Shown piece by piece: positions 26,471 through 33,878 of a DNA stretch of 39,828 bases; position 1 is the first letter of the stretch; the number at the start of each line of letters is the position of its first letter. Position numbers and translations under genes: made by a program. Source of the DNA: a virus (Duplodnaviria; Caudoviricetes); IMG/VR virus record IMGVR_UViG_3300050190_000042, positions 1 to 39,828 of that record; one strand, written 5' to 3'. The notes under the pieces are model-generated. The model ran no database searches. It was not told where the DNA came from and saw nothing but the letters and a program-made list of their open reading frames with translations.

Positions 26471-26499
26471 ATTATATCGCTTGAATTTTAAATTGTCAA
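26471..26499 (-). promoter_or_regulatory. Sigma-A promoter of the solitary repeat
   Basis: Perfect TTGACA-17-TATAAT; repeat begins 6 nt after the -10. Confidence 0.85.
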
Positions 26500-26633
26500 C
26501 ATTTTTCTTCCTTGTTCTCTTTTAATATTAGGTATTCAATTTGTGCGCCCATGCTCCGACGCTCGTGCTCTGCCTGCTTCCGGAGCATTTCAAAGATTAG
26601 ATCGTCTAACCTAAAACTACGGTGTGCTTTCAT
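26496..26633 (-). CDS. Arc-like ribbon-helix-helix protein (45 aa), Aca-like candidate
   Basis: Read by hand: MKAHRSFRLDDLIFEMLRKQAEHERRSMGAQIEYLILKENKEEKC; GAAGGA RBS. Confidence 0.75.
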   Translation of the reverse strand: MKAHRSFRLDDLIFEMLRKQAEHERRSMGAQIEYLILKENKEEKC

Positions 26634-26646
26634 TTAATCATTCCTT

Positions 26647-26886
26647 CTACATGCCTTCTGCGTCGAGCGCAACTTTGAGCGCCATTTCTTCACCAAAATC
26701 TGCAAAAGCCTTTAATGTAGGCAATACCCTTGCCAAATACGCCTCGTTACCTAAACACCCACCTTTGCCTCCCCATCCCAATGCTCCGCGCGCTTCGGCA
26801 TCAAGGCAGCGTGCATTGTTGGCTTTTAACATTTTCAACTTTTTTTCGGCGTTGGCTAATCTTTTCGCAGTTTCGTAGGTTATCAT
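26647..26886 (-). CDS. 79-aa hypothetical protein (Acr candidate)
   Basis: AAAGGTGG RBS; directly upstream of the RHH gene. Confidence 0.65.
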   Translation of the reverse strand: MITYETAKRLANAEKKLKMLKANNARCLDAEARGALGWGGKGGCLGNEAYLARVLPTLKAFADFGEEMALKVALDAEGM

Positions 26887-26987
26887 TTTTAAAACCACCT
26901 TTTAATTATTCCCTTTCGGGTTGGACCCGAATCGGCTGTCCGGGCTATTAGCCGGTATTTGCGATTGTCTCCGTTACTGCGGAGGCA

Positions 26988-27185
26988 TTAAATTATAAAT
27001 ATTTTATGCTCATCATCAACTATATCGTCTATGTCATTGTCCCCATATGTCTCCTTGTATTTTTCGGCCGATGCGATGTAATCCTCGGCTTGCTTAAGTG
27101 TCGCGAATCCAAACATTTTTTTAATGCGTTCAGGGTCTGGGTGCTCCGTTGTTGCACTGTAGTCTTTAATGTTTTCTTTCTCCAT
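26988..27185 (-). CDS. 65-aa acidic protein with YSATTEHPDPERIKKMF domain (Acr candidate)
   Basis: AAGGAG RBS; paralogous to the N terminus of 18316-18720. Confidence 0.7.
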   Translation of the reverse strand: MEKENIKDYSATTEHPDPERIKKMFGFATLKQAEDYIASAEKYKETYGDNDIDDIVDDEHKIFII

Positions 27186-27245
27186 GATCTTCTCCTTGGC
27201 CCGATACTATTTTGCATCCGCGACCTATCTGTTTTCTATAATTAA

Positions 27246-27274
27246 ATTATATCACATTGTTATTACGATGTCAA
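27246..27274 (-). promoter_or_regulatory. Strong promoter of accessory cassette 2
   Basis: TTGACA-17-TATAAT with extended -10 TG. Confidence 0.85.
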
Positions 27275-27317
27275 CACATTTATTTAAAGTAATTAAAATA
27301 TTTTTGGAGGTGGCGGA

Positions 27318-27662
27318 GTGAATAAAGTTTATCAAAAAACCATTGAACAGATTAAAATTGACGGTGAAAATTACGCAAATGAGGGAATGAAAACCGTCTA
27401 TAAAGACCAAAAAGAGGCTTTAGACAAGGTTCATGCCTTTGTTGGAAAACTTTATATAAAATATGCGAAAGATGGCGTACTCAGTTTAACTTCAACGCAA
27501 AAATCAACCGTTACAGCCGAACTAAAAACCTTGTTAAAATCAATAGGCTCTGATTTGGCAAAGTCGGAGGTCGGAAAAACAACGGATATATTAAAAAAAG
27601 TATATGAAGATACTTATTACAAATCGGCTTATGTAATGGATACCGGAGGTAGTAAAAAATGA
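27318..27662 (+). CDS. Minor head protein (MuF/gp7), N-terminal part
   Basis: GGAGGTG RBS; helical; coupled to the next ORF. Confidence 0.6.
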   Translation: MNKVYQKTIEQIKIDGENYANEGMKTVYKDQKEALDKVHAFVGKLYIKYAKDGVLSLTSTQKSTVTAELKTLLKSIGSDLAKSEVGKTTDILKKVYEDTYYKSAYVMDTGGSKK

Positions 27663-28888
27663 GCGAGCCACAAATAAATACAAAATTTGATATTTTAAAG
27701 CCGGAATATGTTGATGCGGCGGTCAATGCAAAATACAAAGAAGAACTATTTAGTGACCGTATCTGGACGAATAAAGCGGATATGATTGACAAATTGCAAT
27801 CCTCAATAGTAGGTGCCATGAAAGGCGACGTAACCATTGACAAAATAGGCCAACAGATTTCAAATACATTTAATTCCACCGCTTATGAAAGTCAACGCTT
27901 AGTAAATACCGAGGTTGCAAGAGTGCAGACGCAGGCAAGCGAGGATATGGGCAGAGATACGGGCGTTGAACAGGTCATGTGGAGCGCAACACTCGAAAAT
28001 AACACATGCGACGAATGTGCGGCTTTAGATGGGAATACATATCCCATTGATGATGCGCCGGATTGCCCTGCCCACCCTGAATGTGTTTGCTGCCTTATAA
28101 ATGTGCCATATGAGGGATGGAGTCCCACAAGTCGGAAAGATAACGAAACCGGAGATATTATAGATTATACGAATTATACAGACTGGGCAAAAGAGAAAGA
28201 CGTTTCTGACAGTTTCGTAACTAACGCTTCCCAACTTCCGAAAGATGATCTTAAAATTATAGATAGCTATTCTCAGCAAGCGTATTCTCACATTAACGGT
28301 TATCTTAGAGGCGGATATGATAACCCTCCTGATTGGGTGGCCGGTTATGCCGACAAATTGGAGACAATTTTAAGCAAATCAAAATTGTCTGAAGATGTCA
28401 GTCTATATCGCGGAGGCTCTTCCAAAATATTTGGAGACCTTACTGATATTATAAAAAGTGACCCAACTCGTGCAATTGGAACTGAAATTACAGATAAAGG
28501 GTTTATGAGCACGAGTAAACAGACAGACGTCGCTGAAAAATTTGTCGGTAAACCTTCAGGTGCTGGCGGGAATCATATAATGTTGGAGATCAAAGCACCT
28601 AAGGGGTACAGTGGGTTGGAACTTGGCAAACTATCATTTCACAGCGAGGATGAAGTTATACTTAAAAATGGGACTAAAATAAAAATAACCGGTGTTGAAG
28701 ATACCCGAAAGACGATTATTCAGCAAAAAACAACTTATAAGGCAGTAAATGATTTAAGCAAACCATTAGGAAATACCCGTTTAAATAAAATGTTTGGTAT
28801 ACAATATGAACAAAAACAAGAAGCTACAATTACGGACGAACAAGTAAAGACTGGATATATTAAATTTATTGGGGAGGTGGTCAAATGA
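27659..28888 (+). CDS. MuF (SPP1 gp7-like) minor head protein fused to an ADP-ribosyltransferase toxin domain
   Basis: FSDRIW, RLVNTE.AR, TC..C..LDG, P.HP.C.C; then Y..IN.YLR, LYRG, KGFMSTS, EDEV (R-STS-ExE). Confidence 0.9.
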   Translation: MSEPQINTKFDILKPEYVDAAVNAKYKEELFSDRIWTNKADMIDKLQSSIVGAMKGDVTIDKIGQQISNTFNSTAYESQRLVNTEVARVQTQASEDMGRDTGVEQVMWSATLENNTCDECAALDGNTYPIDDAPDCPAHPECVCCLINVPYEGWSPTSRKDNETGDIIDYTNYTDWAKEKDVSDSFVTNASQLPKDDLKIIDSYSQQAYSHINGYLRGGYDNPPDWVAGYADKLETILSKSKLSEDVSLYRGGSSKIFGDLTDIIKSDPTRAIGTEITDKGFMSTSKQTDVAEKFVGKPSGAGGNHIMLEIKAPKGYSGLELGKLSFHSEDEVILKNGTKIKITGVEDTRKTIIQQKTTYKAVNDLSKPLGNTRLNKMFGIQYEQKQEATITDEQVKTGYIKFIGEVVK

Positions 28889-29052
28889 GCAAATATATTT
28901 ACGAAGAGGGGGACATATCCGTAAAATCTCCAAAATGTACAAGTTGTGAAGAATACAAAAAAGAGATGTGCAAGATATATGGTAAAAACATACCCAAAAA
29001 AATCAGATATGAATTTGCAGACTGCTCACACCATGTAAAGATAAAACAATAA
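28885..29052 (+). CDS. 55-aa Cys-rich protein, candidate immunity protein
   Basis: GGGGAGG RBS, ATGA overlap with the toxin; CTSC...C.IY...IP...C. Confidence 0.6.
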   Translation: MSKYIYEEGDISVKSPKCTSCEEYKKEMCKIYGKNIPKKIRYEFADCSHHVKIKQ

Positions 29053-29068
29053 AAAATATCAAATGATT

Positions 29069-29095
29069 AATCGCTCCAACAGGGGCGATTTTTTA
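29069..29095 (+). terminator. Intrinsic terminator
   Basis: AATCGCTCC-AACA-GGGGCGATT plus T tract. Confidence 0.7.
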
Positions 29096-29159
29096 TATCA
29101 AAAATTAATTATGCACTTCGCGGATTGATTTACGCGCAGGGCAAAAGGAGCTTATCAAA

Positions 29160-29726
29160 ATGGATATCGCAGAAGTACAGGCATTTTTAGACACCAACAA
29201 GGATTTGCCCGAAGTTAAAAGCTATATTGGGGGGCTTGTTTCACCCGATAGAGTAACAGCTTATTTGGACAGCGAGGACGGTAAAAAAATCCTACAACCG
29301 AGGCTTGACACATACCACGCTAAAAGTTTGAAATCATGGCAGGACAACAACCTATCAAAAATGGTTGACGAGGAAGTCACTAAACGCTTCCCGAAAGCTG
29401 ATCCGCGTGATGTGGAACTCGGCCAGGTTAAGTCTGACCTTGCAGCCATAAAACTGGATGCATTAAGGAAAGACCTGACAAACAAGGCCTTAAAAACTGC
29501 GCAGGATAAAAAGCTCCCGACAGATTTGATTGACTTTTTTGTGGGAAATGACGAGGAAACCACAAGCAAAAACCTTGAAAAGTTTATCACAACGATGGCC
29601 GCTCATGACGAGGCCATTAAAACCGAGTTTGCGAAGGGGAACAGTTACGTACCCCCGGCAGGCGACAAGTCTGCTCTTAACGGTGACGAAAAAGCAAGGG
29701 CAGAAATCAGTAAATGGATGAAATAA
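29160..29726 (+). CDS. Capsid scaffolding protein (DUF4355-like)
   Basis: Charged helical protein directly before the major capsid gene. Confidence 0.75.
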   Translation: MDIAEVQAFLDTNKDLPEVKSYIGGLVSPDRVTAYLDSEDGKKILQPRLDTYHAKSLKSWQDNNLSKMVDEEVTKRFPKADPRDVELGQVKSDLAAIKLDALRKDLTNKALKTAQDKKLPTDLIDFFVGNDEETTSKNLEKFITTMAAHDEAIKTEFAKGNSYVPPAGDKSALNGDEKARAEISKWMK

Positions 29727-29752
29727 TTTAAAAAACGAAAGAGGTAATTACA

Positions 29753-30676
29753 TTGAGTATCAATACGCTCGCATATGCAACCTTATTTATGCAGGAACTT
29801 GACAAGCAGGTCGTGGCGGGTGCTACATCCGGTTGGATGGAAGGCAATGCAGGACTTGTAATTTATAATGGCGGTCGAGACGTTAAAATCCCTAAGATCA
29901 GCATGGACGGACTTGGCAACTATGACCGTTCTTTAGGATTTCCTCAGGGCTCGGCTACTCTTGCCTATGAGACCAAAACAATGGGGCAGGACAGGGGCAG
30001 AACTTTCGGGCTTGATGCAATGGACGTCAATGAAACCAACTTTGTGGCGAACGCCTCCAACCTGATGGGCGAGTTTCAGCGCACAATGGTTATCCCCGAG
30101 ATTGACGCTTATCGCTACAGCACAATAGCGGCTCTTGCCCTTGCAGGCACCAGAGCAAGCGGTGGTTACACTCCTACCAAAGCAGACGTTTACAGCAAAC
30201 TCAAAGCCGACATCGCAGCCGTTCAGGATGCCATTGGAGCTGTGCCGCTCATAGTCACCATGTCTATCGCGACCTTAGCAATGCTCGAGGGCTCAACCGA
30301 GTTAGTCCGTCAACTCGAAGTCGGTGCCTTTGCGGGTACCATTCAGTCAGAAGTCAAACGGATAGACGAATGCCCAATAATCGAAGTACCGAGCTCAAGG
30401 CTCAAAACTGCTTACGTGTTTAATGATGGCACAACTGTTGACCAAACAATAGGTGGCTTCGTTCCGGCTGTCGGCGCAAAATCCATCAACTGGATTATCT
30501 GTGCTGCAACTACTCCTATCGCCATAAGCAAAACTGACAACATGCGCATCTTTGCGCCTGATGTTAACCAGTTGAAGGACGAGTGGAAACTCGACTACCG
30601 CAAGTATCACGACCTGTGGATTATGGACAACAAACTCCCGACCGTCTTTGTAAACATCAAAGAGGCGTTTGCCTAA
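29753..30676 (+). CDS. Major capsid protein
   Basis: INTL.YA..F..ELDK...GG..VKIP...DY.R...DRG..F..D.MD...PEID.YR...YR.YHD. Confidence 0.9.
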   Translation: MSINTLAYATLFMQELDKQVVAGATSGWMEGNAGLVIYNGGRDVKIPKISMDGLGNYDRSLGFPQGSATLAYETKTMGQDRGRTFGLDAMDVNETNFVANASNLMGEFQRTMVIPEIDAYRYSTIAALALAGTRASGGYTPTKADVYSKLKADIAAVQDAIGAVPLIVTMSIATLAMLEGSTELVRQLEVGAFAGTIQSEVKRIDECPIIEVPSSRLKTAYVFNDGTTVDQTIGGFVPAVGAKSINWIICAATTPIAISKTDNMRIFAPDVNQLKDEWKLDYRKYHDLWIMDNKLPTVFVNIKEAFA

Positions 30677-30807
30677 TGTTTGAACTTAAAAAGCTAAATG
30701 TTCACAGACTCGTGGAAACTGAACAGGAAAAAATAAAACTCTTGAAAGAGGGTTTTATCGAGGTTAAAGTCGAGCAGGAAGTTAAAGAAAAAAGGGGCAA
30801 GGCGTAA
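30676..30807 (+). CDS. Small capsid-adjacent protein (43 aa)
   Basis: TAATG coupling after the capsid gene. Confidence 0.6.
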   Translation: MFELKKLNVHRLVETEQEKIKLLKEGFIEVKVEQEVKEKRGKA

Positions 30808-30838
30808 AGCCTGCCCCTCCCTTTTTAGGAGGTGCGCT

Positions 30839-31198
30839 ATGGCAGCACTTGACGATGTAAAAACAATTTTAAACATATCCGACACAACGAAAGACATCTT
30901 ATTGACTCTTTATATCCGCAAGGGCGTCACCCTTATCACAGCATATATGAACGCCCCTGACCCGCCCGTCACAGACCCCATCACGTTGCCTATAGACGTG
31001 GCTACAGTCTATACTGACGCACTAATCGAGTACGTAGTCTTATGTTATCACAGGCGCGGTAACGAGGGTGTAAAGCAATATGCGCAGGGTTCGCGCAGCG
31101 GAACATATGAGGACGGCCTTGGGCAGAGCGTAAAAGACTTATTGCCGCCTCCCTTTATTCGCATGGCACGCGCAAGGGACGGCAATTATGTTTGCTAA
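30839..31198 (+). CDS. Head-tail connector (gp15-like)
   Basis: LDDVK.IL.I...D.LL...Y.N...RGNEG...QGSRS.TY. Confidence 0.8.
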   Translation: MAALDDVKTILNISDTTKDILLTLYIRKGVTLITAYMNAPDPPVTDPITLPIDVATVYTDALIEYVVLCYHRRGNEGVKQYAQGSRSGTYEDGLGQSVKDLLPPPFIRMARARDGNYVC

Positions 31199-31490
31199 TT
31201 ATACGGTGGGCGTGTGGAATAGGGCGGCAAGTACAAAGGTAAACGGCGTTACCATTCCGGGGGATTTGGCATGGGTAAGGGATATTGATGTAGACATGCA
31301 GCCGTATTCAACCGAGCTTTTAATCAAGTCATACGGTTACGATATTCCAGTCACAAAGCGGTTTTTTATTGAGGATATCGCAGACATAGCAATCGGTACA
31401 ATCTTAAAATATGGCTCAGATCAGCACGAAGTCAAGAAGATCATACCGTGGGATAATTACTATGACGTTATGACCCTGGAGGCGACCTGA
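31188..31490 (+). CDS. Head closure protein
   Basis: Size, position, DMQP motif. Confidence 0.65.
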   Translation: MFANYTVGVWNRAASTKVNGVTIPGDLAWVRDIDVDMQPYSTELLIKSYGYDIPVTKRFFIEDIADIAIGTILKYGSDQHEVKKIIPWDNYYDVMTLEAT

Positions 31491-31843
31491 TGCCGATAGA
31501 ATATAAAAGTTTTAGGGCTGAGGTCATGGCGGCTATGGCGGTGCATAAAAAAGAGTTTTGCGAGGGCGTGGGGGATTTAGCTGTTTCAGAAATTCAGTAT
31601 ATAACGCCCGTCAATAAGCTTCGTGTTCCCACTCGTGGCAATTTGAAAAAGTCAATAACCTTTGAGGTTATGCCCGACAATGCGGGCGTTACCGTGGGCG
31701 TTACCCCTGCAGCTCCGTATGGCTTATATGTCGAAAAAGGCATAGGGCAGACGGCTCAACCGTTTTTAGAACCTGGTGCAATGAACGCTATACCCAAAAT
31801 TACAGATGCTGCAATTCGAGTTTATAAGCAGATGGGAGGCTAA
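31490..31843 (+). CDS. HK97 gp10-like neck protein
   Basis: TPV...GNLKKSI...YG.YVE.G...AQPFLEP. Confidence 0.8.
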   Translation: MPIEYKSFRAEVMAAMAVHKKEFCEGVGDLAVSEIQYITPVNKLRVPTRGNLKKSITFEVMPDNAGVTVGVTPAAPYGLYVEKGIGQTAQPFLEPGAMNAIPKITDAAIRVYKQMGG

Positions 31844-31845
31844 AA

Positions 31846-32220
31846 ATGTTAGAACTTTACACGCTGATTTATAACATAATTGACCCTATTTGTACGGTTT
31901 TTGCCGACCATTATCCCGAAACCGAAACAAAAGTTTACCCTTATGCCGAGATAAAATTTCCGAATGTTTTATTGAACAATGAGTTTTCTGATAAAAACCT
32001 TTTGGAGGTCGACATTTGGGACGATAAAGGCACAGACATAACGGAGATTGAGGGCATAGCAGATGCAATCCACGCGGCATTAAACCGCTTGCAGTATAAC
32101 GATGCGGCTATGAATGTGTCTATCAACCGCAACACACCCTATAGGTTTGTTTTACCTGACCCGATCATCCATATACAGCGCAGGGAATTGCGCTACGTTG
32201 TCACAGTTTATAAAAAATAG
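31846..32220 (+). CDS. Tail completion/terminator protein
   Basis: YPY...VDIW motif; position. Confidence 0.75.
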   Translation: MLELYTLIYNIIDPICTVFADHYPETETKVYPYAEIKFPNVLLNNEFSDKNLLEVDIWDDKGTDITEIEGIADAIHAALNRLQYNDAAMNVSINRNTPYRFVLPDPIIHIQRRELRYVVTVYKK

Positions 32221-32230
32221 GAGGACTACA

Positions 32231-33109
32231 ATGAATAGTACAAATACAATCGGATTTACCACAAATACGCCTAATAATCTGCTTATTGATGCCGGAGCAG
32301 TCTATAAAAACTACGGTTTATCAACAGAGGCACTTATTGGTGCGACTTCCGGCGGCAATGAATTTGATGTCAAAATCAAAACCCGCGATGTCAAGGTTGA
32401 CGGGATTAAAGGCACTGCAAAAGGCTTGACGCGAATTATCAGCACTGATGTCACCCTTAAAGTCAATATGCTTGAAGTAACCACAGCAATATTACAGATG
32501 GCTTTAATGGCTAACGTAGATACCACCACAAACGCAGGATTTGACACTATCACAGGCAAAACCGAGATAGCACTATCCGATTACATTGACAATATTGCCA
32601 TAGTCGGAAGACTAAGCGGCAGTCTGCAGCCGGTTATAATCATCCTCAAAAATGCGCTGTCAAGTGACGGCATTAAATTTAGTTCCAAAGATGCTGTCGA
32701 CAACATCTTGCCGGTCACGTTCACAGGTTCAATTGACCCTGCAAGTCCAGCTGTTCAGCCTTTTGAAATCCGTTTTCCGCAGGTTGGAGCATTGGCGGCA
32801 TTCTATATGCTGGCAGCCCCGATTATAAACGGCGGCAAAGTCAGGATGGACTTTAGCGATATTGTGGGCTTAACAGTACCGATTACAGGGTTTACTGCAA
32901 GTCTGCTTGGCGTAGGTGATACAGTCACGGCAGCAATAAGAGACCCGAATGATCTGTCCGTGATTATCCTCACTCTCACCACAGCCCCCACAGCAGGGCA
33001 GGCGGTTACAATCTCTTATGCTCAACCCACACTTGATGCTAATAGAGTTAAGTCTTTGGCAGGTGGCTTGCTTGCAACATTCCCAATACTCAACGTGGTC
33101 AACAACTAA
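32231..33109 (+). CDS. Major tail protein with C-terminal Ig-like domain
   Basis: AGGAGG RBS; LLIDAGAVYKN...IGATSGG; C-terminal beta-rich extension (LTL...GQAVTISY). Confidence 0.8.
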   Translation: MNSTNTIGFTTNTPNNLLIDAGAVYKNYGLSTEALIGATSGGNEFDVKIKTRDVKVDGIKGTAKGLTRIISTDVTLKVNMLEVTTAILQMALMANVDTTTNAGFDTITGKTEIALSDYIDNIAIVGRLSGSLQPVIIILKNALSSDGIKFSSKDAVDNILPVTFTGSIDPASPAVQPFEIRFPQVGALAAFYMLAAPIINGGKVRMDFSDIVGLTVPITGFTASLLGVGDTVTAAIRDPNDLSVIILTLTTAPTAGQAVTISYAQPTLDANRVKSLAGGLLATFPILNVVNN

Positions 33110-33159
33110 GATATGCCGCCTTAACTGGCGGCTTTTCTTTTAAAAATGGAGGAATAAAA

Positions 33160-33489
33160 TTGATTAACACAAGTACAGCTTTTGATATGTTGCCCAGCGT
33201 GGTGGTGCTCTATGACAAATTGGACATAGATGGATACAGGAAAAAATTAGCTGAGAAAAACAAGGGAAAAACAGGCATGGATGCTGAAAAAATAGGCATA
33301 GACTTGTTTAAATATATTCTCAAAAACTCGGGGAAAATAAAGCCCGAAGTCTTTGAAATCGTAGCAACTTTTGAGGGAAAAACGGTTGAGGAAATCTCGG
33401 CGCAGAGCTTTATGGTAACTATAAATTCTTTGAAAGATATTTTTTCAGACAAAGAAACAATGGATTTTTTCAAACAAGCTATGGGATAG
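33160..33489 (+). CDS. Tail assembly chaperone (G-like)
   Basis: Between major tail and tape measure genes; slippery T TTT TTC near the 3' end. Confidence 0.75.
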   Translation: MINTSTAFDMLPSVVVLYDKLDIDGYRKKLAEKNKGKTGMDAEKIGIDLFKYILKNSGKIKPEVFEIVATFEGKTVEEISAQSFMVTINSLKDIFSDKETMDFFKQAMG

Positions 33490-33878
33490 GACTTTCACAG
33501 ACCCTTTACCTGCTCCATAGCCATTACGGGATAGACCCTACATCAAAATTGGAAACAAAAGCTGAGACAATTACCAAAAAATATGATAGCCAATGTAACT
33601 TAATTGAAAAAACAACTAAAATTGAAGAAAATAATACATCAAAAATGAGATTAAAAACGATAACGAAATTGCTTATTGACGCATATAAAAAAGATGCAGA
33701 GGATAAGCTCTGGCAACAGTGGTTAGTTCTCTTCTCGGGCATGGATAGAGATAATTTTATCAGTTTTGAAAAATATAAGAGCGAGTTTTTCAAACCGGAA
33801 TTAAAAAAGGCTGACGCGAAAACCGTCTTAAAAGATGCGGAAGAAATTAAAATGGCAGACCAGAGGGGAGGGACATAA
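33465..33878 (+). CDS. Tail assembly chaperone frameshift extension (GT-like)
   Basis: The -1 frame is open from 33465 to 33878 with no convincing RBS of its own. Confidence 0.7.
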   Translation, partial: FFQTSYGIGLSQTLYLLHSHYGIDPTSKLETKAETITKKYDSQCNLIEKTTKIEENNTSKMRLKTITKLLIDAYKKDAEDKLWQQWLVLFSGMDRDNFISFEKYKSEFFKPELKKADAKTVLKDAEEIKMADQRGGT

